This document shows positions 39,615-45,929 of a stretch of DNA of 45,929 nt, piece by piece. Position 1 is the first letter of the stretch. Each line of letters opens with the position of its first letter. The DNA lies in the IMG/VR virus record IMGVR_UViG_2894314779_000001, positions 1-45,929 of that record, one strand, 5' to 3'. The notes under the pieces are model-generated. The model was not told the DNA's origin, searched no databases, and was given only the letters and a program-made list of their open reading frames with translations. Both the position numbers and the translations under genes were made by a program. The stretch is from a virus.

Positions 39615-39962
39615 ATGGCGCGTCTCGAAATCGGCCCCACTGTCGACCAGCTCCGGGAACTGGCTGAAGCCGCCATCGACCGGCATTTCGAGCCGGTGCG
39701 CCACCGCATGGCGCTCTACACCCGCAAGGTCGCGAGAGCCGAACAGCACCTCGCCGGCAGGCCCTCCGCCATGATCAACCGGGAGGCCCAGCGCCGGCAC
39801 ATCAAGGCCGACGACATCGCCCGCCAGATCGTCGCCTTGGCCGATGCCGACGAGGCGATGGAAGACCAGCGCGTTGCCCTGAAGCTGAAGGTGCGCAAGG
39901 CCCTCACGGCGGAGAAGATCCGCAAGCTGCTCTCCGAGAACGGCATCGCGCTCGCCCGCTGA
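39615..39962 (+). CDS. Hypothetical helical protein (115 aa)
   Basis: Internal Met MARLEIGPTVDQLRELAEAAIDRHF lies 3 nt after the previous stop. Confidence 0.6.
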   Translation: MARLEIGPTVDQLRELAEAAIDRHFEPVRHRMALYTRKVARAEQHLAGRPSAMINREAQRRHIKADDIARQIVALADADEAMEDQRVALKLKVRKALTAEKIRKLLSENGIALAR

Positions 39963-40021
39963 ACCCGTCCACCCTCCATGCCTGAACCAACGGCCAAGCC
40001 CTCTTGGCCGGGAGGATATCC

Positions 40022-41845
40022 ATGGCTCTCGATCCGTCCTACTTCTTCTACAACGACGGCACCATCACCCTCACCAACGGCTCCGATATCGCCACAGGCG
40101 AGCTGGTTGCCTGGGACCCGGCTGTTCTGCCCTTCGACTTCGTGTTCCCGAACAACGGCGTCTCGGGCATGGCGGTGATCAAGGAAGTGCTCGCCGTCGA
40201 CCAGATCAAGCTTGCGGCGCCCTGGTCCGGCCCGACGTTGACGGATGTGCCGTACTTCATGGTCCGCTGGACCAAGCACACGGACCCCCGCGTCTATGCG
40301 CTCAGGGTTTCGGAATACCTCACCCGCATCCGGCCTCTGCCCGAGGTCGGGCCGCCCGGCTGGAGCCCTATCATCGCGGTCGTCGCGGACGGCGCCCGGC
40401 GCGTGCTGCAGGTGATCGACTGGACCGCGACCGGGACCACCTACGCCAAGCCTCCGGTCGGGCGCTATATTGGCGCGACAGGGCTGGTGACGGATATCGC
40501 GCAGGCCATCGACATCCGCGGGCCGCAGGGCGTACAAGGCATCCAAGGCTTACAGGGGCTCCAAGGCGCTCACGGTGGCGCGTTCGCCATGGAACTCACG
40601 TTCTCGGCGGCTACGGCCAGTACTGATCCCGGCGCAGGCAAGGTCAGACTCAACCATGCGACGGCCAGCTTGGCGACCCAAATCTTCATTGATCTCGTCG
40701 ACAAAAACGGCGCGGATTGGTCGGCGGCGCTCTCGCACTTCAATCAGTCGACGAGCGATTATAAGAGCTACATTCGCCTGACCCACGCATCTGATCCGAC
40801 CAAATGGATCCTGTACTACATTTGGGCGGAAACTGCCGTGACCGGCTTCAAGCGGTTCAGCATCGTTCATGTGTCGAGCAGCGCCGCGAGCCCCTTCGTC
40901 GACAACGACCCGGTTGTCCTCACCTGGACCCGCAACGGCGACAAGGGCACTACGGGCGATAAAGGTTGGTCCCCTGTCTTCTCCATCGTCAGCGACAGTG
41001 CCCGGCGCGTGCTTCAGGTCACGGATTGGGTAGGGGGTGCTGGCACGAAGCCTGCGACCGGCAGCTACGTCGGCTCGGCCGGGCTTGTGAGCGATATCGC
41101 TCAGGCCGTCGACATCCGTGGCCCCGCAGGTCCGGCAGTGGGCGCGAACAGCGTCGACAACACGCTGCTGGCCGATATGGCGACGGGCACGATCAAGGGG
41201 CGCGTCTCGTCCGGAACAGGTGACCCGGAGGATCTGACAGGCGCTCAAGCGGCCGGCATCATGCCGGTCGTGCGCTATGACGCGGCGCAAGCCCTTACCG
41301 AAGCGCAGAAGCAGCAGGCCCGCGACAACACAGGTCTGATCTGGCGACCGCTCCAGCGGATCACGCTCGGCGCGGACGTGGCCGCCATCGATATTTCGAT
41401 TCCGGCCGCCGCCAGAATGATCCGCATTACTGGCGCTCTTCAGTGGACGGTGGGCACGAGCGCGGCCCTCGGAATGCGCTTCAGCTTCGACAATGGCGCG
41501 ACCTACAAGGCTGGAGCGACGGACTACAAGTTCGGCGTGCTCTATGGCTCGGGCAGCGCTACCCCGGCGCACACCAGCCTCAGTGCCGATCGCATTCAGC
41601 TGACCACCACGGCGCTAGGCGGCAACGTCCCGCCGGTGATCGAAGCCTTGATTGCGAACTGGAGTGCGAACCGCCTGATCGGTGTGTCGGGCAGCGGCGG
41701 GCTGACCGATGGGAACAGTGACATCTGGAACTACAAGTTTTCGGGCTACTACCCTGCAACGGCTGCTCTCACTAACGTTCGGCTGTTCGCCACATCCGGC
41801 AACCTCAAGAGCAGCTCGGAGCTGATCGTGGAGTATCTGGCATGA
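40022..41845 (+). CDS. Tail fibre protein with a collagen-like Gly-X-Y run and an internal duplication
   Basis: GPQGVQGIQGLQGLQGAHGG (40520-40579). Duplicated blocks of about 57 aa start GWSPIIAVVADGARRVLQVIDW and GWSPVFSIVSDSARRVLQVTDW. ATG at 40022 follows GGGAGG. Confidence 0.85.
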   Translation: MALDPSYFFYNDGTITLTNGSDIATGELVAWDPAVLPFDFVFPNNGVSGMAVIKEVLAVDQIKLAAPWSGPTLTDVPYFMVRWTKHTDPRVYALRVSEYLTRIRPLPEVGPPGWSPIIAVVADGARRVLQVIDWTATGTTYAKPPVGRYIGATGLVTDIAQAIDIRGPQGVQGIQGLQGLQGAHGGAFAMELTFSAATASTDPGAGKVRLNHATASLATQIFIDLVDKNGADWSAALSHFNQSTSDYKSYIRLTHASDPTKWILYYIWAETAVTGFKRFSIVHVSSSAASPFVDNDPVVLTWTRNGDKGTTGDKGWSPVFSIVSDSARRVLQVTDWVGGAGTKPATGSYVGSAGLVSDIAQAVDIRGPAGPAVGANSVDNTLLADMATGTIKGRVSSGTGDPEDLTGAQAAGIMPVVRYDAAQALTEAQKQQARDNTGLIWRPLQRITLGADVAAIDISIPAAARMIRITGALQWTVGTSAALGMRFSFDNGATYKAGATDYKFGVLYGSGSATPAHTSLSADRIQLTTTALGGNVPPVIEALIANWSANRLIGVSGSGGLTDGNSDIWNYKFSGYYPATAALTNVRLFATSGNLKSSSELIVEYLA

Positions 41846-42195
41846 CCAAGGTAAAAGTCTGGCGGGACGGTAAGATCATCGATGTGGATCGTGCGGAGCT
41901 GAACCTCCCGGAGGCCGATCTCGCGATACCGAAGATCCGCTCCCTCGCCATGTGGCGCGCGCGCACGATCATGAAGGTGACGCCGTGGGGCGAGGGCACG
42001 CTGTTCCAGGCGGTGCAGGCTGCAATTGCGGCGCTCTCCGACCCGTTGCAGAAGGCCTCAGCCGAAGAAGCGCTCGAGCGCGGCGACGTGTTCGACCGGG
42101 ACGGCGTGTTCGTGCCTATGCTCGCTCAAGGGCTCGGCATTACGGAGAAGCAGCTCGACGAGCTGATGGAGCAGGCGGCGGCGCTGCCGGCCTAA
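41842..42195 (+). CDS. Hypothetical protein after the tail fibre (possible fibre assembly factor)
   Basis: ATGA overlap with the fibre gene stop. Confidence 0.6.
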   Translation: MTKVKVWRDGKIIDVDRAELNLPEADLAIPKIRSLAMWRARTIMKVTPWGEGTLFQAVQAAIAALSDPLQKASAEEALERGDVFDRDGVFVPMLAQGLGITEKQLDELMEQAAALPA

Positions 42196-42304
42196 AACCT
42201 CACATCAAGACCAAGAGGCCACCATGACCACCGAGACATTCGGGCGGGCGCTGTCGCTCGGGTGGACGGCCTCTGACTGAACTCCCCACAACCGAGGAAT
42301 CCCC

Positions 42305-42985
42305 ATGGATAGGACCGTCCCCAGGCCGGCGGCGATGCTGCTCGACTTCATCGGATCGAAGGAAGCCCCGAAAGGCTACGATACCGTCTACGGCAATCGC
42401 ATGGACCGGATGCCGAAGCCGCTCACCTCCATGACCATGAAAGAGGTTCTCGATCAGGGGAAGTGGCGCACCAAGACCTTCGGCTCCTCGGCTTGCGGCC
42501 GGTATCAGTTCATGGACGCCACCCTCCGGGATCTGGCGACCGAGATGAACCTGAAGGCAGAGGATGTCTTCACGCCCGACTATCAGGACCGGCTCGGTCT
42601 CTATCTGCTCCGGCGCCGCGGCTACGAGCGGTGGATCTCCGGCCGGATGTCGGATCACGCGTTCATGATCGAGCTGGCCAAGGAGTGGGCCTCGTTCCCG
42701 GTGCCCTATCGCATGCAGGGGGCGCACCGGACCGTGGAGCGGGGGCAGAGTTACTATGCCGGCGACGGCCTGAACAAGTCGCTGGTCTCGGCAGAGGCCG
42801 TTGAGGCGGCTCTCACGAAGGCCAAGGGGGCGGCCGGCGCGGCTCCCGTCCCGCCCTCCCGTCCGGTCGCTCAGGCGCCATCACCCGCCGCTCTGGCTGC
42901 CATGGCGGCCCTTATCACCGCTCTTGTCGCCGTCGCAGCCCTTCTCGGCATCGACGCCTCAGCCCTCAAAGCCATGATCCCATAG
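42305..42985 (+). CDS. Endolysin, lambda R-like lytic transglycosylase with a hydrophobic C-terminal tail
   Basis: SSACGRYQFMDATLRDLATEMNLKAEDVFTPDYQDRLGLYLL ... AKEWASFP parallels lambda R (STGAGRYQLL ... DFSPKSQD ... WASLP). C-terminus AALAAMAALITALVAVAALLGI. Confidence 0.75.
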   Translation: MDRTVPRPAAMLLDFIGSKEAPKGYDTVYGNRMDRMPKPLTSMTMKEVLDQGKWRTKTFGSSACGRYQFMDATLRDLATEMNLKAEDVFTPDYQDRLGLYLLRRRGYERWISGRMSDHAFMIELAKEWASFPVPYRMQGAHRTVERGQSYYAGDGLNKSLVSAEAVEAALTKAKGAAGAAPVPPSRPVAQAPSPAALAAMAALITALVAVAALLGIDASALKAMIP

Positions 42986-42995
42986 GAGACGCGCC

Positions 42996-43343
42996 ATGAC
43001 CCCGCTTATCGTTCTCGACATCGCTGCCCGCATTGCCGACCGGCTCGTCAAATCCCCCTCCGTTCCGATTGAGGCCCCAGAGAAGCCGGTCGTGAAGGTG
43101 GAGGTCGCCAAGGAGCTGCAGCCGGTCCTGGAGCACCTGACGAACAATGAGCCTTGGTACCGTTCCCGCGTCAGCTGGGGCGCGATCTTCGCGATCCTGG
43201 GCGGTGTCGCCACCATCGGCACGATGGCCGCCAACGGGGTGCCTCTGTCGTGGGAAACCTACGGTCCGCCGCTTGGCAGCATCGGCGGCGGCATCGGCAC
43301 GCTCTACGGGCGCTGGAAGGCGCGGAAGCCGCTGGGGGCGTGA
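42996..43343 (+). CDS. Holin-like membrane protein (115 aa)
   Basis: Hydrophobic WGAIFAILGGVATIGTMAANGV and PPLGSIGGGIGTLYG, basic C-terminus, position after the endolysin. GGAG RBS. Confidence 0.55.
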   Translation: MTPLIVLDIAARIADRLVKSPSVPIEAPEKPVVKVEVAKELQPVLEHLTNNEPWYRSRVSWGAIFAILGGVATIGTMAANGVPLSWETYGPPLGSIGGGIGTLYGRWKARKPLGA

Positions 43344-43346
43344 GCC

Positions 43347-43811
43347 ATGATCATCTCCTCCACCGCTTACATGCAGACCCGCATGCTCGAGATGGGCCTT
43401 GCCGCTCTCATGGTGGCATGCGGGGTCACGCTGCTCTGGCCAGGGGATACCTTCGCCTCTCCGATCTATGCCAGCCTCGTGCGCTGGCTGACCGAGGATC
43501 AAGGTGGCTGGTTCCTCTCTTCGGTTGGCATTCTCCGGTCGACGGCGCTGGTGATCAACGGGCGCTGGAGATCAAGCCCGATCGCCCGCATCGCCGGCTG
43601 CCTGACCGGAAGCGGCTTCTGGTTCACCTTCGCCGTCTCGGTGGCCAGCGTGGACCGGGGTGAGGGCTTGGGCCCGCCGATCCTGCTGGCGATGTCCGGC
43701 ACGCTCTTCGTGCTCGAATTCTTCTCGGCTCTCAGATGCGGCACCGATGCCGAGGCCCTCGACAGCCTGAGACTTCGCCAAGCCAGATCGAAGGTGTCGA
43801 AGAGTGCTTGA
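43347..43811 (+). CDS. Multi-pass membrane protein of the lysis cassette (154 aa)
   Basis: Four hydrophobic spans, for example MGLAALMVACGVTLLW and PPILLAMSGTLFVLEFFSAL. Confidence 0.6.
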   Translation: MIISSTAYMQTRMLEMGLAALMVACGVTLLWPGDTFASPIYASLVRWLTEDQGGWFLSSVGILRSTALVINGRWRSSPIARIAGCLTGSGFWFTFAVSVASVDRGEGLGPPILLAMSGTLFVLEFFSALRCGTDAEALDSLRLRQARSKVSKSA

Positions 43812-44151
43812 GCTCAAGGACATTGCCCCGCTTCTTGGGGTTCTGCTGCCGGCCATCGGCGCCATCTTCATGTACCGGGCGGCCGAGCGGCAGAGGGCTC
43901 GGGAAGTGGACAAGGCTGTCCAATCCGCTCCTCTTGGGGTCGTCGCGGCGATCACGGATAAGGATGCGGGCGTTCAGATGGCTGCAGCCATCGGGGAGCT
44001 TGCGGACGCCGTGCGCAAGGCCGTGGCCATCATGCGGGAGGAGAGGGACGACCAGGCGAGGCGGCACCAGATCGACCGGGCCCTCGACGAGATGACGGCG
44101 GTGCGCCGGGAATTCCAGGAACTCGTCCATCTGCTCAAGCAGCGATCTTGA
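43804..44151 (+). CDS. Spanin-like protein (N-terminal TM helix plus coiled coil)
   Basis: IAPLLGVLLPAIGAIFMY, followed by a charged helical region ...REERDDQARRHQIDRALDEMTAVRREFQELVHLLKQ. GTG start. Confidence 0.5.
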   Translation: MLELKDIAPLLGVLLPAIGAIFMYRAAERQRAREVDKAVQSAPLGVVAAITDKDAGVQMAAAIGELADAVRKAVAIMREERDDQARRHQIDRALDEMTAVRREFQELVHLLKQRS

Positions 44152-44187
44152 GCGATGCTAGCCTCGATAGTGGCGAAGAATGGCACC

Positions 44188-44397
44188 TCATCCCCCTCCC
44201 TGTCCAGGAGAGCGGAGGGAGGCGCGGGCTTTGATGGCTTCATAGTTCTTCATCGTAACGAAGATGGTTCGACCTACCGAAACGGCGTGTTCGTCGTCCA
44301 CGATGGCGGTCTCTCCAGTAATCGGGTCTTTAGCCTCGTACCCGGGCTCAACCTCAATGATCTGCGTTCCGAAGGCTGCTGCGAGAGGCTCGTACAT
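44188..44397 (-). CDS. Hypothetical small protein (69 aa), last gene of the right-end operon
   Basis: Internal Met MYEPLAAAFGTQIIEVEPGY at 44397 overlaps the upstream stop. Confidence 0.55.
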   Translation of the reverse strand: MYEPLAAAFGTQIIEVEPGYEAKDPITGETAIVDDEHAVSVGRTIFVTMKNYEAIKARASLRSPGQGGG

Positions 44398-44915
44398 TAT
44401 CCCCGGTCTCCTTCCTGAAGAGAGGGGTTTGAGACGGACGTCTGACCTTCGGTCACCGCGCTGTCGTCCTTCGGATCGAGCCCTGTGGTCTCGCCCGCTT
44501 CGCGGCTTCCATCGCTGACGCTGGCGGCGTCTAGCATGGCTTCCCAGATTGCCTCGCGCACCCATCTGTGGCCGATCTGGCTTGCCTCATCGAAAGGATC
44601 GTCATAACCATCTAGTAGGGCAGCACTCAGCATCGCCTCGGTCGGCTCTTTCGGGACCAGAACCCAGCCCTCGGAGCGTAGCCTCTTGACCTCAGCCTCA
44701 GCCCTGTCTCGCTGCTCGCATGCCTTGTAGAGGCGTTCCAGGGCTGCGGCCAACTCGCGTTCCCTCTGCTCGATAAGGTCAGCCGCCTCAATGAAAAGCG
44801 GCTGAAACCCAAAGGTACTGTTCTCGCTGTATTGGCGCAGACGTTGAGCCGGAGTGCGCAGCACCCTTTTACCCTCTTCCTTCGACATGGATTGATCTTT
44901 CAAGAGGCTAGACAT
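44397..44915 (-). CDS. Hypothetical coiled-coil protein (172 aa)
   Basis: RERELAAALERLYKACEQRDRAEAEVKRLRSEGWVLVPKEPTEAMLSAAL. Confidence 0.65.
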   Translation of the reverse strand: MSSLLKDQSMSKEEGKRVLRTPAQRLRQYSENSTFGFQPLFIEAADLIEQRERELAAALERLYKACEQRDRAEAEVKRLRSEGWVLVPKEPTEAMLSAALLDGYDDPFDEASQIGHRWVREAIWEAMLDAASVSDGSREAGETTGLDPKDDSAVTEGQTSVSNPSLQEGDRG

Positions 44916-45282
44916 GGGGGTGCCCTCCTTCGCTTTCGCTCATCGGGAGGTCGTCGTCGGGCCAGTTCATCCAATCGCGACGCTGAAAGCGGCTATTGAA
45001 CGGAGTCCAGTCGTCAGGACGTTCCTCGATAAACCGGAACTCAATATGAGCCGGTCGGCTGTCCACGCAGGCGTAAATTGCCTCCCGTGCTGCTTCTTCA
45101 CTTTCGGCCATAACAGCGGCGCAGACAGTTGGAACGTCGTCTGATGCCCGCATTCCGCTGAACCACCATGGAGAATGAAGCTCAAACGGCCCATGGTCTG
45201 CGAGCCAGCTAACCCAATAGCGTTTCACGGAATTGTTCTCCATAGCGGCTTGCCTCTCGGCTGATTGATCTTTCCCGGTCAT
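44908..45282 (-). CDS. Hypothetical protein (124 aa)
   Basis: Start MTGKDQSAERQ at 45282 forms an ATGA overlap with the HNH gene stop. Trp-rich motif YWVSWLADHGPFELHSPWWFSG. Confidence 0.6.
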   Translation of the reverse strand: MTGKDQSAERQAAMENNSVKRYWVSWLADHGPFELHSPWWFSGMRASDDVPTVCAAVMAESEEAAREAIYACVDSRPAHIEFRFIEERPDDWTPFNSRFQRRDWMNWPDDDLPMSESEGGHPHV

Positions 45283-45743
45283 GCCGCCTCCTGCTTGATA
45301 TGAGCCCAATTCCGACCGGTCTTGATCATGGATATGGTTGAGGACGCGACGCCATATGCCGTGGCGATAGCCTTATGTGTTCGAGTATCGGCGCGGATTG
45401 CTCTAACGTCATCCTCGGTCAGCACTGACCTGCCGCCCCCGAACCCATAGCGGCCCTTGCTCCACATATCCTGCTGGTTTTCGAGATTGGTCCCCAGGAA
45501 CAGGTGATCCGGGTTGACGCAAAGGCGGGTGTCGCACGTGTGGCAGACGAACAGCCGGTCAAGGATCGGCCCCTTGTAAAGCATGTAGGAGACTCGATGG
45601 GCGGTCACGTACACGCCATTGTACCGGATCTTCCCATAGCCCTTCGCAGTGCTGCCCGTCCAAAGCCAGCACCCGCACGGGGAAGAGGAGCGATCTATCT
45701 TGGCCTGGAAGCGGGGCCAAAGCGCCTGAGGAGAACTAGCCAT
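45279..45743 (-). CDS. HNH endonuclease with C-terminal HTH, first gene of the operon facing away from attR
   Basis: CWLWTGSTAKGYGKIRYNGVYVTAHRVSYMLYKGPI ... CHTCDTRLCVNPDHLFLGTNLENQQDM, followed by HKAIATAYGVASSTISMIKTGRNW. Confidence 0.85.
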   Translation of the reverse strand: MASSPQALWPRFQAKIDRSSSPCGCWLWTGSTAKGYGKIRYNGVYVTAHRVSYMLYKGPILDRLFVCHTCDTRLCVNPDHLFLGTNLENQQDMWSKGRYGFGGGRSVLTEDDVRAIRADTRTHKAIATAYGVASSTISMIKTGRNWAHIKQEAA

Positions 45744-45787
45744 GGGCCGCCCTCCCGCTTGTGAGAGGGGTCGAGAAGCCCGATTTT

Positions 45788-45851
45788 CGGTTTACATTTC
45801 TGCTGTAAGTCATTGATCTTGCGTGCTCCGAATGAGTCTCGGTTTACACCC
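45788..45851 (+). promoter_or_regulatory. Candidate arm-type integrase binding sites next to attR
   Basis: CGGTTTACA at 45788-45796 and CGGTTTACACCC at 45840-45851, 52 bp apart. They match the CGTTTTACACCC and CGTTTACA copies at 91-109. Confidence 0.4.
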
Positions 45852-45882
45852 AAGTGACTGATTTCATTCGATTAAGAGGTGT

Positions 45883-45929
45883 CTCTTAATCAGCGGGTCC
45901 AAGGTTCGAATCCTTGCACACCCACCAAT
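45883..45929. repeat. attR: right copy of the 47-nt direct repeat (displaced tRNA-Lys 3' fragment, not a full tRNA)
   Basis: Identical to 1-47. The upstream sequence lacks the acceptor 5' strand (GGGTGTG), the D-arm and the anticodon 5' stem. Confidence 0.9.

Larger units (their letters stand above)
1..45929. mobile_element. Complete integrated temperate prophage (siphovirus-type, HK97-fold head, lambda/GTA-like tail) inserted in the 3' end of a tRNA-Lys gene
   Basis: Identical 47-nt direct repeats at both window ends. Integrase and excisionase lie next to the left repeat. Immunity, replication, packaging, head, tail and lysis modules follow in canonical order. Confidence 0.9.

Noticed and set aside
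40358-41131. Tail-fibre internal repeat considered as a diversity-generating retroelement template/variable pair
   Set aside because: No reverse transcriptase gene exists anywhere in the window. The two copies differ at all kinds of positions rather than specifically at adenines, and both lie inside one ORF.
38227-41572. Long minus-strand ORFs (38227-39465, 39716-40546, 40550-41572) opposite the tail paralogue and fibre genes
   Set aside because: These are shadow ORFs with Arg/Pro/Gly-rich translations. They lack plausible starts or coupling and conflict with well-supported plus-strand genes.
45883-45929. Right-hand repeat considered as a second tRNA gene
   Set aside because: Only the 3' half is present. 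Upstream DNA lacks the complementary acceptor strand, the D-arm and the anticodon 5' stem, so this is the displaced attR fragment.
1-45929. CRISPR arrays, rRNA genes, additional tRNA genes, transposases or IS elements
   Set aside because: Reading through the window, I saw no regularly spaced short repeats, no rRNA-like segments, no further T-arm (GGTTCGAATCC-type) motifs and no transposase-like ORFs. A formal scan was not possible.

Overview
The window holds one complete temperate prophage of about 45.9 kb. The host is high-GC and probably alphaproteobacterial; I infer this from the GapR/DUF2312 gene, the GTA-like tail genes and the tRNA sequence. The prophage sits in the 3' end of a tRNA-Lys(CUU) gene and is bounded by identical 47-nt direct repeats (1-47 and 45883-45929).

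Gene order, left to right:
- An HNH cargo gene, a tyrosine integrase and an AlpA-type excisionase.
- A long leftward early operon of tightly coupled small genes: DUF5131, DUF551-like, HNH, NinB-like, an annealase-like protein, Gp157 and several tiny ORFs.
- A lambda-like immunity region: OL operators, an AT-rich orphan gene, an S24/LexA-type CI repressor, OR operators, a Cro-like gene, a C-rich spacer and a CII/CP76-like gene.
- Rightward early and replication genes: GapR-like, DUF1064 nuclease, MT-A70 methylase, DnaB helicase, DUF1376, an NrdR-like zinc ribbon and a NusG-like regulator.
- Packaging and head genes: HNH, P27 small terminase, large terminase, and HK97-type portal, protease and capsid.
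- Head-tail joining genes and a lambda/GTA-like tail: major tail, a G/GT chaperone pair with a canonical -1 slippery site, tape measure, M/L/K analogues and an I-J fusion.
- Three paralogous small genes, a collagen-repeat tail fibre, a lysis cassette and a leftward four-gene operon beside attR.

Strongest candidates for something new:
1. A roughly 2.9-kb AT-richer island splits the tail chaperone from the tape measure. It carries two divergent Arc/Mnt-type RHH genes, a P63C-domain gene, two tiny membrane proteins and two exported proteins. The topology resembles P22 immI.
2. An AT-rich 308-aa orphan gene converges on the CI repressor.
3. An NrdR zinc-ribbon-only protein and a NusG-like protein sit at the early/late junction.

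Six HNH-family genes are scattered through the element. All functional calls come from motifs recognised by eye; no database search was run.
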